Origin: Clostridium sp.
GTDB lineage: Bacteria; Bacillota; Clostridia; Lachnospirales; Lachnospiraceae
Assembly: GCA_017634415.1 (NCBI GenBank)
Contig: JAGBNL010000052.1
Location: 4,317-68,316, forward strand
DNA: 64,000 nucleotides
Reading direction: 5' to 3'
Position numbers and translations under genes: made by a program. This document shows, one piece after another, positions 1 to 10,444 of this stretch (its first letter is position 1; every line of letters begins with the position of its first letter). Below the pieces are notes generated by a model. It was not told the DNA's origin, made no database searches, and worked only from the letters and a program-made list of their open reading frames with translations.

Positions 1-771
1 ATAGTTCAGCACCTCCTGGGTACGTCCCACGGCAAAGGCGGGAATTACCACATTGCCGCCCCTGTCCAGGGTCTCCTTGATCACCTTCGCGAAAGCGGCC
101 ACATGATCCTCGTTGATCCCCTTATGTAAGCGGTTTCCGTAAGTGCTCTCCACCACGATATAATCCGCCTGATGTGTAAACTGCGGCGGCCGGATCAGCG
201 GTTTGTTCTTGTTTCCCAGATCTCCCGAGAACACGATTTTCCGCTCTTCTCCCTGTTCCTTCAGCCACACTTCGATGGAGGCCGATCCCAGCAGATGTCC
301 CACATCCGTAAATTTGATATCCACTCCTTCGGCCACGTGGATCTGTTCGCCGTAATTACAGGGAACAAACAGAGCGATCACGCCCTCCGCGTCCGCAGAG
401 GTGTAAAGGGGCGGCTCAGAAGGCTTGCCGGCACGCATGGCCTTGCGGTTCTTCCACTCCGCCTCCTGCTCCTGGATATGCGCGCAGTCGCGGAGCATAA
501 TCTCCGCCAGATCGCAGGTCGCACGCGTAGCAAAGACCTGACCGCGGAATCCCTTTGCGTAGATAAAGGGAAGCATGCCGCAGTGGTCAATGTGCGCGTG
601 CGTAAGGAATACATAATTTATCTGTTCGTAAGGCATGGGCAGAGGCATATTCTCATAGATATTCTCGCCCTGTTCCATACCGCAGTCCACCAGGATATTC
701 AGTCCTCCGGACTCAATAACGTGCAAACTGCCTGTAACTTCGTGATCCGCACCGATAAAAGTAAGCTTCAT
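1..771 (-). CDS. MBL-fold metallo-hydrolase, beta-CASP RNA-processing family (3' end outside window)
   Basis: Not in ORF track; manual translation from ATG at 771 gives MKLTFIGADHEVTGSLH...LTHAHIDHCGMLP (HxHxDH)...GHLLGSAS...VFSGDLG...VVESTYG...IPAFAVGRTQE; runs off the left edge. Confidence 0.9.
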   Translation of the reverse strand, partial: MKLTFIGADHEVTGSLHVIESGGLNILVDCGMEQGENIYENMPLPMPYEQINYVFLTHAHIDHCGMLPFIYAKGFRGQVFATRATCDLAEIMLRDCAHIQEQEAEWKNRKAMRAGKPSEPPLYTSADAEGVIALFVPCNYGEQIHVAEGVDIKFTDVGHLLGSASIEVWLKEQGEERKIVFSGDLGNKNKPLIRPPQFTHQADYIVVESTYGNRLHKGINEDHVAAFAKVIKETLDRGGNVVIPAFAVGRTQEVLNY

Positions 772-865
772 AATCGTCTCCCCGGGGCAGTGCCCGAATC
801 CATATTATTGCGGCCTGCGAATGGCACCCGCCGCAATACCGGCAGCGACAGGTATTCTCAGTACA

Positions 866-895
866 ATTATAAAGGATTTAAACGGGTATTGTAAA
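866..895 (-). promoter_or_regulatory. Putative sigma-A promoter of the beta-CASP gene
   Basis: TTTACA-18 bp-TATAAT on minus strand. Confidence 0.6.
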
Positions 896-932
896 GCATG
901 AAACCCTGTGCCGATGCGTAATTTCAGACATC

Positions 933-1643
933 TTACTCGCTGAGATACGCCTTTTTGATACGCTCGTCATTCATGAGCTCTTTTGCGTCTCCCCGGACCG
1001 TGATGCTGCCCGTCTCAAGGACATAGGCCTTGTTGGCAATGCTCAGCGCCTTCTTCGCATTCTGCTCCACCAGAAGGACCGTCGTGCCGTCCTCATGGAT
1101 CTTCTGGATGATGCTGAAGATCTCGTTGACATAGATGGGGGAAAGTCCCATGGAGGGCTCGTCCAGCAGAACCAGCTTAGGATGGGACATCAGGGCCCTT
1201 CCCATGGCAAGCATCTGCTGCTCGCCGCCGGAGAGCGTGCCGGCCATCTGGTTCTTTCTCTCCTTCAGACGCGGAAAGCGCTCATAGACCATTTCCAGCG
1301 TCGCTTCCGTCTCCGCCTTGTCCTTTCTGGTAAATGCTCCCATACACAGGTTCTGATATACGGTCAGCTGGGAGAAAACCCGGCGTCCCTCCGGCACCTG
1401 CGCCATACCCATGGAAACCAGCCTGTGGGCGGGAACATGGGTAATATCCGTTCCGTCAAGAATAATTTTTCCGCTCTTTGCCCGGATCAGTCCCGAGATA
1501 GTGTGAAGCGTAGTAGTCTTGCCCGCGCCGTTTGCGCCGATCAGGGCGATGATGTCCCCCTGCTCCACTTCGAAGGATACATTTTTCAGTGCCTGGATCA
1601 CGCCGTAATAGACGTTCAGGTCCTGTACTTCCAAAAGTGCCAT
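933..1643 (-). CDS. livF: Branched-chain amino acid ABC transporter ATP-binding protein
   Basis: GANGAGKT Walker A, LSGGEQQM signature, LLDEPSMGL; last gene of liv operon. Confidence 0.93.
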   Translation of the reverse strand: MALLEVQDLNVYYGVIQALKNVSFEVEQGDIIALIGANGAGKTTTLHTISGLIRAKSGKIILDGTDITHVPAHRLVSMGMAQVPEGRRVFSQLTVYQNLCMGAFTRKDKAETEATLEMVYERFPRLKERKNQMAGTLSGGEQQMLAMGRALMSHPKLVLLDEPSMGLSPIYVNEIFSIIQKIHEDGTTVLLVEQNAKKALSIANKAYVLETGSITVRGDAKELMNDERIKKAYLSE

Positions 1644-1655
1644 GGTATCCTCCTT

Positions 1656-2414
1656 TTATTCTCCAAGATAAGCCACAATGACGTCATGATTATTGAGGAC
1701 CTCCGCCGTGGGGCCCTCCGCCAGCATATGGCCGAAATTCAGCACGGTAAGCTTCTCGCAGATTCCGGAAACCAGCTTCATGTCATGCTCGATGAGAAGA
1801 ATCGTCATGTCAAAATGATCTCTGACAAAACGGATGGTCTCCATCAGCTCCGCCGTCTCGTTGGGGTTCATTCCGGCCGCCGGCTCATCCAGCAGCAGAA
1901 GCTTCGGCTCTGTGGCGATGGCTCTGGCGATTTCCAGCTTTCTCTGCTTTCCGTAGGGAAGATTGGACGCCTTGTAGTCGAATTCCCCGTCCAGGTCAAA
2001 CACCTTCAGAATCTCCAGGGCCCTTTCGTCCATGGCCTTCTCCTGCTTCCGGAAGGACGGCAGGCGGAGGATTCCGCTGATGGTGGAATAGGGATAATGA
2101 TTATGCAGTCCCGCTTTGACATTGTCCAGCACGGACAGTTCCTTGAACAGACGGATGTTCTGGAAGGTTCTGGCGATGCCGGCGCGGTTGATCTCGATGG
2201 TGCTTTTCCCGGTGATGTCGGTATCATCCAGGACGATCCTTCCGGAATCCGGTTTATAGACACCGGTCAGAAGGTTGAATATCGTGGTTTTTCCTGCGCC
2301 GTTGGGGCCGATGAGTCCGTAGAGCTGTCCTTTTTCGATGGTGACATTGAAGTCATTCACCGCTTTCAGTCCGCCGAAGGAAATGCTCAGGTTCTTTACT
2401 GTCAGCATAGCCAT
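1656..2414 (-). CDS. livG: Branched-chain amino acid ABC transporter ATP-binding protein
   Basis: GPNGAGKTT, ARTFQNIRLF, LPYGKQRKLEIARA, LLDEPAAGMN, IEHDM. Confidence 0.93.
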   Translation of the reverse strand: MAMLTVKNLSISFGGLKAVNDFNVTIEKGQLYGLIGPNGAGKTTIFNLLTGVYKPDSGRIVLDDTDITGKSTIEINRAGIARTFQNIRLFKELSVLDNVKAGLHNHYPYSTISGILRLPSFRKQEKAMDERALEILKVFDLDGEFDYKASNLPYGKQRKLEIARAIATEPKLLLLDEPAAGMNPNETAELMETIRFVRDHFDMTILLIEHDMKLVSGICEKLTVLNFGHMLAEGPTAEVLNNHDVIVAYLGE

Positions 2415-2415
2415 A

Positions 2416-3489
2416 TTACCTGCCCTCCTTCGCAGTGCGTCTTCCGAATCTCTCCATCAGCTGCTCCCGCATGGCGATGGCCTTCGGAGCCGAGGTCACA
2501 ATCATCATCACGATCAGCACGATGGCGTAGATCAGCATGCGGTAATTGCTTAAGCCGCGGAGAAGCTCCGGCAGAAGCGTGAGAACCACGGCGGCGATGA
2601 TGGAGCCGCGGATGTTGCCGATGCCTCCCAGCACCACGAATACCAGGATGGTGATGGACATATTATAACCGAAGCTCTTCGGCGTTGCCGCAAGGGATGC
2701 CAGGTTGTGGGCATAGAGCACGCCGGCCACGCCCGCCAGAGAGGCGGACAGGGAGAAAGCCAGAAGCTTATACTTGGTGATATTGATGCCGATGGACTCC
2801 GCCGCGATCCGGTTGTCCCGGATGGACATGACCGCGCGTCCGGTTCTGGAATTCATCAGGTTCAGGACGATGACAAGGGTGATCAGCACCAGGATAACGC
2901 CGATGGTAAATGTGGACAGCTTCGGCGTTCCCGTGATGCCCTGGGCGCCCTTGATGATGATTTTGCCGTCGGCTTCCAGTCCCAGGGAAGCGGTATCCTT
3001 CATGGACATATGTATGCCGTTTCCGTCAACGCCCACAAACATGGAATTGATGATATTCTTGATAATCTCGCCGAAGGCAAGGGTTACGATGGCCAGGTAG
3101 TCGCCCTTCAGTCTCAGAACCGGGATGCCGATGAGGAATCCGAACAGGGCCGCCACCGCCGCGCCGATAAGGATGGCGAGCACAAAACGCACCATCGTAT
3201 TGGGAATGGCATCCGCCATCAGATTCGTAAAGAAGGCGCCGGAGAATGCTCCCACGCACATGAAGCCCGCATGTCCCAGGCTCAGCTCGCCCAGGATACC
3301 CACCGTCAGGTTCAGGGAAACCGCCAGAATCACATAGGTGCAGACCGGCACCAGGATTCCCTTCATCAGGCTGTTTATGTGGCCCGTGACGATCAGTCCC
3401 TGAATCACGACATAACAGACCAGGACCATGCCGATGGTGATCATGTTCTGAACAAAAGTTTTATTCTTATAGGATTTCAGTCTGTCCAT
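2416..3489 (-). CDS. livM: Branched-chain amino acid ABC transporter permease
   Basis: Hydrophobic; SLGHAGF, LRLKGDYLAIVTLAFGEII, VVLGGIG motifs. Confidence 0.92.
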   Translation of the reverse strand: MDRLKSYKNKTFVQNMITIGMVLVCYVVIQGLIVTGHINSLMKGILVPVCTYVILAVSLNLTVGILGELSLGHAGFMCVGAFSGAFFTNLMADAIPNTMVRFVLAILIGAAVAALFGFLIGIPVLRLKGDYLAIVTLAFGEIIKNIINSMFVGVDGNGIHMSMKDTASLGLEADGKIIIKGAQGITGTPKLSTFTIGVILVLITLVIVLNLMNSRTGRAVMSIRDNRIAAESIGINITKYKLLAFSLSASLAGVAGVLYAHNLASLAATPKSFGYNMSITILVFVVLGGIGNIRGSIIAAVVLTLLPELLRGLSNYRMLIYAIVLIVMMIVTSAPKAIAMREQLMERFGRRTAKEGR

Positions 3490-3502
3490 GAAGATCCCCC
3501 CC

Positions 3503-4384
3503 TTAAACCTTCTCGCTCAGCTTTCTTCCGAGAAGTCCCGTGGGACGTACCAGAAGAACGATAATCAGAACGGAAAATACGATAGCATCGGAGAGCTGGG
3601 AAGAAATATATGCCTTCGCCAGGTTTTCAATCACGCCCAGCAGAATTCCGCCCAGCATGGCTCCCGGAATGGAGCCGATACCGCCGAATACCGCAGCGAC
3701 GAACGCTTTGATGCCGGGCATGGAGCCGGTGTAGGGCGTAAGGGACGGATAGGCGGAGCACAGAAGCACGCCCGCGATGGCCGCCAGGAAGGAGCCGATG
3801 GCAAATGTCAGCGCAATGGTCTTATTCACGTCAATTCCCATCAGAAGCGCCGCGCCCTGATCCTCGGAAACCGCCTGCATCGCCTGTCCCATCTTCGTTT
3901 TGTTTACGAAGGCCGTGAGCAGAACCATGATGATGATCGACGACAGGATCGTGACGATGGTGACGCCGGATATGGAAAGCTGACCGTCCGCCAGCTTCAG
4001 TGCGGGAAGATTCACCACAGAGGTAAACTGTCTCGCGTTGGAGCCGAAGATCAGAAGGGCCAGGTTCTGGAGAAGGTAGCTGACGCCGATGGCCGTAATC
4101 AGAACAGAAAGGGACGGCGCGCCCCGAAGGGGCCGGTAAGCTACTCTTTCAATGGTCACTCCCAGCACCGTGCATACCACAACAGCCGCCAGAATTCCGG
4201 CAACAGAGGGCCCGCCCATGGTACTCACCACGGTAAAGGCGGCAAAAGCTCCCACCATGATGATATCGCCGTGGGCGAAATTCAGCATCTTCGCGATGCC
4301 GTAAACCATCGTATACCCCAGCGCAATTATGGCATATACGCTGCCAAGACTGATTCCGTTGATCAGATAGGACAGAAAACTCAT
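3503..4384 (-). CDS. livH: Branched-chain amino acid ABC transporter permease
   Basis: NGISLGSVYAIIALGYTMVYG, NFAHG, KAFVAAVFGGIGS, RPTGLLG. Confidence 0.93.
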   Translation of the reverse strand: MSFLSYLINGISLGSVYAIIALGYTMVYGIAKMLNFAHGDIIMVGAFAAFTVVSTMGGPSVAGILAAVVVCTVLGVTIERVAYRPLRGAPSLSVLITAIGVSYLLQNLALLIFGSNARQFTSVVNLPALKLADGQLSISGVTIVTILSSIIIMVLLTAFVNKTKMGQAMQAVSEDQGAALLMGIDVNKTIALTFAIGSFLAAIAGVLLCSAYPSLTPYTGSMPGIKAFVAAVFGGIGSIPGAMLGGILLGVIENLAKAYISSQLSDAIVFSVLIIVLLVRPTGLLGRKLSEKV

Positions 4385-4415
4385 ATCTGACTCCTTTCAG
4401 TTAATCTGCGTAAAG

Positions 4416-4447
4416 CCGAGGGGGCTGTTCTGCAACAACCCCCTCGG
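4416..4447. terminator. Intercistronic stem-loop between binding-protein gene and livH
   Basis: CCGAGGGGG...CCCCCTCGG 9-bp perfect outer stem, extendable through tgtt/aaca; short U-run follows on minus strand. Confidence 0.6.
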
Positions 4448-4480
4448 GAATTAATTACATTCCTGTGTCTGTTATCAGGA

Positions 4481-5713
4481 TTAATCCTGCATGACATAAG
4501 CGCCGTTCTCGATCTTAACAGCCTTCGGAGCCTTGTTCGGCTCACCGTCTGCTGTCCAGGTCATGCCGCTGCCGGTAAGACCGTCGATGGAGATCTTGGT
4601 CATGGAAACCTTCATGGCGTCACAGATGGCGGAAGCGTCAGCATCCGGTGTGAGGTTCGCATCCTCAAGAGCTGCCTTGATGGCATACATGCCGTCATAG
4701 CAGTCAGCGCCGAACTGAAGCGGGTCAATGCCGTATGCCGCACGGTATGCTTCAACATAATCCTTGCTGCCTTCCTCGTCGATGGAGAACGGAGTGAGGA
4801 GCATCAGGCCCTCTGCCAGGGAGGTATCGAAGTTCTCTACGGAAAGGATACCGTCCATACCGTCGCATCCGAAGAAGATGGGAGCAAATTCCTTATCGGA
4901 AGCCTGCTTCAGGATAACGGAAGCCTCCTGATAGTAGATCGGAAGGAATACCAGCTCAGCGCCGGCTTCTTTTGCCTTGTCCAGCTGTACGGAGAAGTCG
5001 GTGTTGGTGTCTGCGGTAAATGCCTCGCTGGAGACAATCTCCAGACCCTGGTTTGCAGCCTCTTCCACGAAGGAAGCGCGGATACCGTCAGAGTACTCGG
5101 AAGAGCTGTCATAGATGATGCCGATCTTGGTTGCCAGCTTGTGCTCGCCGATGTACTGCGCGGACTTTGCACCCTGTGCCGGGTCAGCGAAGCATACACG
5201 GAAAGCATTGTCGCCGGAGATGCACTCTACTGCGGAGCCGGAGGGAGTCAGCAGGAACATGTTGTCTGCCTGTGCCTCAGCCTCAACAGCAATACAGGGC
5301 TTGGAAGTAACCGTACCCATAAGGAGCTGCATGCCCCAGTCCTTCAGAGTGTTGTAAGCATTGACGGACTTCTCCGGATCATGCTCGTCGTCCTGGAACT
5401 GAATCTCCACCGGATAACCGTTGATTCCGCCGGCTTCATTGATCTCCTTGGCTGCAAGCTCAAAGGAATTCATGACGGAAACACCGTAAGCTGCGGCCGG
5501 TCCGGTGATGGGGCCGATACCGCCGATCTTCCATGCTGCACCTTCTGCCGGAGCTGCTTCCTCTGCGGGTGCCTCGGCCTCTGCGGCCGCCTCTGTCTCA
5601 GCTGCTGCCTGCTCTGCGGCTGCTGTAGTCTCTGCCGGCTTGGAACCGCCGCATGCTGTCAGAGATGCTGCCATAAGCGCTGCCATCGCCAGGCTGATAA
5701 ACTGTTTTTTCAT
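4481..5713 (-). CDS. Branched-chain amino acid ABC transporter substrate-binding lipoprotein (LivJ/LivK family)
   Basis: Start moved to ATG 5713 (MKKQFISL, RBS GAGGAGGAG); lipobox LTAC; KIGGIGPITG, DDEHDPEKSVNAY; Ala/Glu-rich linker. Confidence 0.92.
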   Translation of the reverse strand: MKKQFISLAMAALMAASLTACGGSKPAETTAAAEQAAAETEAAAEAEAPAEEAAPAEGAAWKIGGIGPITGPAAAYGVSVMNSFELAAKEINEAGGINGYPVEIQFQDDEHDPEKSVNAYNTLKDWGMQLLMGTVTSKPCIAVEAEAQADNMFLLTPSGSAVECISGDNAFRVCFADPAQGAKSAQYIGEHKLATKIGIIYDSSSEYSDGIRASFVEEAANQGLEIVSSEAFTADTNTDFSVQLDKAKEAGAELVFLPIYYQEASVILKQASDKEFAPIFFGCDGMDGILSVENFDTSLAEGLMLLTPFSIDEEGSKDYVEAYRAAYGIDPLQFGADCYDGMYAIKAALEDANLTPDADASAICDAMKVSMTKISIDGLTGSGMTWTADGEPNKAPKAVKIENGAYVMQD

Positions 5714-5788
5714 GTTTCGATCTCCTCCTCTTTTATTATAACGGGATTCATCAGATATATTCATACGTTATAACTGATGTTGTTGACA

Positions 5789-5817
5789 ATTATACTTTTC
5801 TCACCGGAGAGTGTCAA
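5789..5817 (-). promoter_or_regulatory. Consensus sigma-A promoter of liv operon
   Basis: Perfect TTGACA-17 bp-TATAAT on minus strand. Confidence 0.85.
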
Positions 5818-5919
5818 TTCATAATTCGGGAATTGAAAATATTTCATCCTGTTCCTGAACAAAATCACTTGTATTCCGAAAGCTTTCATTCCGCAGATTT
5901 ATGGATTGATAAACTGCGG

Positions 5920-6930
5920 TTATGCTTTCCAGTCTTCCTCCGCGGATTCGGAACTTCTGTCCCTGATCATCAGCTCTTTTACAGCCTCTCCCGCGTTCTT
6001 CCCCTCAAACAGAATCCGGTTGACCTGCTCCACGATAGGCATCTCGCAGTGGTACTTTTCCGCCAGCAGATGGCCGGCCTTTGCGGCGTAAACGCCCTCC
6101 ACCACCATATTCACTTCCGCCATGGCTTCCTTCATGGACTTTCCCTGTCCGATAAGGATGCCTGCCCTGCGGTTTCTGCTGTGCATGCTGGCGCAGGTGA
6201 CAATCAGGTCCCCGGTCCCGGCAAGGCCGTTTATGGTTTCTTTCCGGCACCCCATCTTTTCCGCCAGTCTGGTGATCTCCGATATGCCCCGGGTGATCAG
6301 GGCCGCCTTCGCGTTATCCCCGTAGTTTAACCCGTCAGCCATGCCGGCTGCCAGAGCGATGACATTTTTCAGGGCGCCCCCTATCTCCACGCCGGCCAGA
6401 TCCGCGTTGGTGTACACGCGGAACCTGGGACTCATGAAGACAGACTGCACGTACTCGGCCGTCTTTCTGCGGTCAGCGGCGATAACGCAGGTAGTGGGCA
6501 GCCCCCTGCTCACCTCCTCCGCGTGGCTCGGCCCCGACAGGGCACAGACCTCCGCGTTGGGAAGCTCCTCAGAGATGACACTGCTCATGGTGAGAAGGGT
6601 CTCCTCCTCAATCCCCTTCGCGGCGCTGACGATAACCTGCCCGTAGCGCACAAAAGGAATGATGCGTTCCGCCGTCTGTCTGATATATATGGAAGGGACC
6701 GCCAGAACGATGATATCCTTTTCGCCGCAGGCTTCCTTCAGGCTGTCTGTAATCCGGATGCCGGCGTCCAGAGTGATGTCCGGCAGATTTTTCTGCCTTC
6801 TGGTGCGGATCAGCTCCTGTACGTCCCGTCCGGAGGCGGAACAGAGTGTAACATCATGTCCGGAATCATTCAGAAGAACAGAGATGGCCGTTCCCCAGGT
6901 TCCGGTTCCGATAATACCGATCGATGCCAT
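5920..6930 (-). CDS. gpsA: NAD(P)H-dependent glycerol-3-phosphate dehydrogenase
   Basis: GTGTWGTA, KGIE, SGPSHAEEV, GALKNVIA, GDLIVTC, SRNRR. Confidence 0.96.
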   Translation of the reverse strand: MASIGIIGTGTWGTAISVLLNDSGHDVTLCSASGRDVQELIRTRRQKNLPDITLDAGIRITDSLKEACGEKDIIVLAVPSIYIRQTAERIIPFVRYGQVIVSAAKGIEEETLLTMSSVISEELPNAEVCALSGPSHAEEVSRGLPTTCVIAADRRKTAEYVQSVFMSPRFRVYTNADLAGVEIGGALKNVIALAAGMADGLNYGDNAKAALITRGISEITRLAEKMGCRKETINGLAGTGDLIVTCASMHSRNRRAGILIGQGKSMKEAMAEVNMVVEGVYAAKAGHLLAEKYHCEMPIVEQVNRILFEGKNAGEAVKELMIRDRSSESAEEDWKA

Positions 6931-6945
6931 AAGCCTTCCCCCATC

Positions 6946-7581
6946 TTATTTTTTGCTGAAGCTGATTTTATTCTCCGTGCCGGAAAGCAGTCTTCCGATA
7001 TTGGCGTGATGGCGCTGTATCGCAAGAGCCGACAGGAATATGGTAATCGCGTATACCTCAGGCCGGTTTCCGGGAAGGACGTTGTAATATCCCTTCCAGC
7101 AGAAAAACAGATTCATAAGTCCGAAGGTGATCGCCACCAGGATGGAGCCCAGAGAAACAAATCTGGTCAGATAGACCGTCACCACGAATATCAGGAGACA
7201 GACCGCCGTGATGCGGAAATCCATGGCTGTCAGGATACCTGCCATGGAGGCGATTCCTTTTCCGCCCTTGAAATTCATATAGAACGGAAAATCATGTCCA
7301 AGCGTGACGCCCAGTGCCGCATACATGGCATACAGGTCGCCGTTTCCGCCGGCGCCGAACAGCACTCTCGCGATGGCCATGGCAGCCACCGCCTTGAAGA
7401 AGTCCCCGAGAAAAACAATCAGGGCCGACTTCACGCCGAAAACCCGCAGGATATTGGTGGATCCTGCATTTCCGCTCCCGTAGTTGCGGATATCCGTATT
7501 CTTCACGAACTTTCCGTACAGATATCCGGACTGAAGCAGACCGAACCCATAGCCGATCAGAAGGCTGATTACACGTTCCAT
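6946..7581 (-). CDS. plsY: Glycerol-3-phosphate 1-O-acyltransferase PlsY
   Basis: GSGNAGSTN, GHDFP, FKGGKGIA, RHHANIGRL. Confidence 0.96.
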   Translation of the reverse strand: MERVISLLIGYGFGLLQSGYLYGKFVKNTDIRNYGSGNAGSTNILRVFGVKSALIVFLGDFFKAVAAMAIARVLFGAGGNGDLYAMYAALGVTLGHDFPFYMNFKGGKGIASMAGILTAMDFRITAVCLLIFVVTVYLTRFVSLGSILVAITFGLMNLFFCWKGYYNVLPGNRPEVYAITIFLSALAIQRHHANIGRLLSGTENKISFSKK

Positions 7582-7608
7582 ATCCTTTCCTCCTTCTGGG
7601 AGCGCAAG

Positions 7609-8940
7609 CTACTGCTTGTCCTTCTTCTCCCGTATGATAAACTTCAGCGATGTCCCGGAAAAGCCGAAGGCGTCGCGGATTTTGTTCTCAATATCCCGCG
7701 TATAGGAAAAATGCATCAGTTTCTTGTCATTGACGAATATCACGAAGGTGGGCGGCTTTACGCCTATCTGGGTCATGTAGTACAGCTTCAGTCTCCGGCC
7801 CTTGTCGGAAGGCGGCTGATTCATGGCTACCGCGTCCGCGAGAATCTCGTTGAGAACGCCCGTGGATACCCGCAGGGACTGACTCTGGCGCACCAGATCT
7901 ATGGTTTCGAATAGCTTGGAAAGCCTGAGGCCCGTCTTCGCGGAGATAAACAGGTATTCCGCGTAGGGCATGAAGGACAGCACGGACCGGATCTTGTCCC
8001 GGTACTCATAGATGGTCTTGTCCGTCTTGTCGATGGCGTCCCATTTATTGACTACCACGACGATGCCCTTGCCCCGCTCATGGGCAATTCCGGCAATCTT
8101 CGCATCCTGCTCGGTCACGCCCTCCACGGCGTCGATCATGACCACCACGATATCGGCCCGCTCCACCGCGGAAACGGTACGGATGATGGAGTACCGCTCA
8201 ATCTCTTCCGTAATCTTGTTCTTGCGCCGAAGTCCCGCCGTATCGATGAAGACGTATTCCGTTCCCTCGTGGACCACGGGTGTATCCACCGCGTCCCTGG
8301 TGGTGCCTGCGATATCTGATACAATAAGCCGGTTTTCCCCGAGAAGCTTATTGATCAGAGAGGATTTTCCCACATTCGGCTTTCCGACGATGGCGACTCT
8401 GGGGCGCTCATCCTCTTCCTCCTCCGGCGTCTTTTCGGGAAAATGCTTAACCACTTCATCCAGAAGGTCCCCGAGGCCGAGACGGGATGCGGCGGAGATT
8501 CCCACCGGATCTCCCAGTCCCAGATTATAGAATTCATAGATATCATTGCCGAACTTCTGGAAGCTGTCCACCTTGTTTACCGCCAGAACCACCGGCTTCT
8601 GAGAACGTCTCAGCATATCCGCCACCTTTGTGTCGGAATCCGTCATTCCCTGCCGGACATCTGTGATGAATATGATCACATCCGCGCTCTCGATGGCGAT
8701 CTGCGCCTGATCCCGCATCTGGGAAAGGATGATATCCTTTGAGTCCGGCTCTATGCCTCCCGTGTCAATCAGTGTAAAGTTTCTGTCCAGCCAGCTGCAG
8801 TCCGCATATATCCGATCCCGGGTCACGCCCGGCGTATCCTGTACTATCGATATTCTGTCACCGGCAAGGACATTGAACAGCGTGGACTTTCCCACGTTCG
8901 GGCGGCCGACCACGGCCACCACAGGTTTTCTGTCGCTCAT
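7609..8940 (-). CDS. der: Ribosome biogenesis GTPase Der (EngA)
   Basis: Two GTPase domains: [16 protein letters not shown] and [16 protein letters not shown]; C-terminal KH-like domain. Confidence 0.97.
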   Translation of the reverse strand: MSDRKPVVAVVGRPNVGKSTLFNVLAGDRISIVQDTPGVTRDRIYADCSWLDRNFTLIDTGGIEPDSKDIILSQMRDQAQIAIESADVIIFITDVRQGMTDSDTKVADMLRRSQKPVVLAVNKVDSFQKFGNDIYEFYNLGLGDPVGISAASRLGLGDLLDEVVKHFPEKTPEEEEDERPRVAIVGKPNVGKSSLINKLLGENRLIVSDIAGTTRDAVDTPVVHEGTEYVFIDTAGLRRKNKITEEIERYSIIRTVSAVERADIVVVMIDAVEGVTEQDAKIAGIAHERGKGIVVVVNKWDAIDKTDKTIYEYRDKIRSVLSFMPYAEYLFISAKTGLRLSKLFETIDLVRQSQSLRVSTGVLNEILADAVAMNQPPSDKGRRLKLYYMTQIGVKPPTFVIFVNDKKLMHFSYTRDIENKIRDAFGFSGTSLKFIIREKKDKQ

Positions 8941-10328
8941 GCCAATCCTCCGTTTTCTTCTGTTATTTCTGTTTCACTTTCCGGCTCATAGATGCCGTTT
9001 CCGGGCATCTCCTCTTCTTCCTCGCCCAGAATGGCCTTTATCAGCGCTTCTCCCTCCGATGAGACAATCCGGATGGGCGTCTGAAGCTTCTCTTCCAGTT
9101 CTGTCCTGGTCATATCATCCAGGAACACTTCTTCCCCGCTGCGGAACATGGAGCACGGGAGAAGGAGCCTCGTTCCCAGTTCTTTTCCCTTCAGCTGTTC
9201 TGCCAGGTCTCTGCCGGTGATAAGACCCGACACGGTGATGCTCTCCCCGAAGAAGCGGTTGGCGATGGGAATGACCTGCACGGTCCTTCCCGGATATACC
9301 GCACGGAGCTTGTCCGCGGCTTTTCTGACAAAGGGTGCCGCAAGCTTCCCCGTCGCCACGGTTACCGTATCACGCACGCCGTCATCCTTCCGGCCTGCAA
9401 GGGCTTCCTCTGTCTCCTCCTGAAGAAGCCGGAGCATGCCCACACCATTCTCCAACTGCAGATATCCGTCGTAGCGGGCCGCTTCCGGAAGCTCCCTCCC
9501 GGCAAGAAGATAGAGCTCATCGCTGGCGTGGACAAAGTGAGTTCCGTGTTCCGCAAAGAGCTTTCTCTGCCATGCTTCCACGATATCCACCGCGGAGGCG
9601 GCGGACTCCCGGTCAAAGGGCTCCAGGGGATACAGTCCCTCCCGGTACTTCGAGAGGCCCACGGGAACCACAGACAGGCTCTCCATACAGGGAATATACT
9701 CCGACAGGTCCCTTATGGTCCGTTCCAGCTCTCTTCCGTCGTTTATGCCTCTGCAGAGAACAATCTGCCCGTTCATGGGAATTCCCGCCTCATACAGCGT
9801 CCGTATCTTCTCCAGCGCCCTGCCGGCAAACCGGTTATGGAGCATCATGCACCGAAGCTCCGGATTGGTGGTGTGCACGGAGATGTTGATGGGCGCAAGA
9901 TGAAACTTTATGATTCTCTCCAGATCATGATCGCTCAGATTCGTCAGCGTGACATAATTTCCCTGCAAAAAGGAAAGCCGGGAATCGTCATCCTTAAAAT
10001 AGAGTGTTCTGCGCATTCCCGGCGGCATCTGGTCGATAAAACAGAAGATACATCTGTTGCTGCAGGACCGGTAATCGCTCATCAGGCCGTTCTCGAAATT
10101 CAGACCCAGGTCCTGATAATCATTCTCGATATCCAGCTCCCATTCCTCTCCGTTCTTCCGGAGTACAACAGCTGTCACACTTTCATTGTTCAGTTTATAT
10201 TGATAATCAAAAATATCCTCGATCGGCTCATCGTTCAGTGTCAGCAGAATGTCGCCCGCCTCGAGCTCCATCTCGTCGGCTATTGAACCGGGATCGACGG
10301 ATTTAATCAAATGTCCTTTATTCTTCAT
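8937..10328 (-). CDS. DUF512 family radical-SAM-like Fe-S protein with N-terminal PDZ-like domain
   Basis: [18 protein letters not shown] (CxxxCxxC), [21 protein letters not shown]; 4-bp overlap with der. Confidence 0.88.
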   Translation of the reverse strand: MKNKGHLIKSVDPGSIADEMELEAGDILLTLNDEPIEDIFDYQYKLNNESVTAVVLRKNGEEWELDIENDYQDLGLNFENGLMSDYRSCSNRCIFCFIDQMPPGMRRTLYFKDDDSRLSFLQGNYVTLTNLSDHDLERIIKFHLAPINISVHTTNPELRCMMLHNRFAGRALEKIRTLYEAGIPMNGQIVLCRGINDGRELERTIRDLSEYIPCMESLSVVPVGLSKYREGLYPLEPFDRESAASAVDIVEAWQRKLFAEHGTHFVHASDELYLLAGRELPEAARYDGYLQLENGVGMLRLLQEETEEALAGRKDDGVRDTVTVATGKLAAPFVRKAADKLRAVYPGRTVQVIPIANRFFGESITVSGLITGRDLAEQLKGKELGTRLLLPCSMFRSGEEVFLDDMTRTELEEKLQTPIRIVSSEGEALIKAILGEEEEEMPGNGIYEPESETEITEENGGLA

Positions 10329-10444
10329 GGCAAAATAATTGTACCAACTTACCCGGTTTTTGTAAAGTTTCGTATTGACTCTCCGGTCATTATAATGTTA
10401 TTGTAGGTGCGACAATTATCGACATCAATTCCGGAGGATCTCAA

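Noticed and set aside
172-894. 240-aa plus-strand ORF
   Set aside because: Antisense shadow of the beta-CASP gene on the minus strand, which has clear motifs
1095-2582. 495-aa plus-strand ORF, and similar long antisense ORFs over der, recG, fprA and the amidohydrolase
   Set aside because: Opposite well-supported genes, no motifs or RBS; expected from high GC at third codon positions
5818-5890. Possible CodY boxes upstream of the liv promoter
   Set aside because: Best matches to AATTTTCWGAAAATT that I found have about six mismatches; plausible biologically but not supportable from sequence
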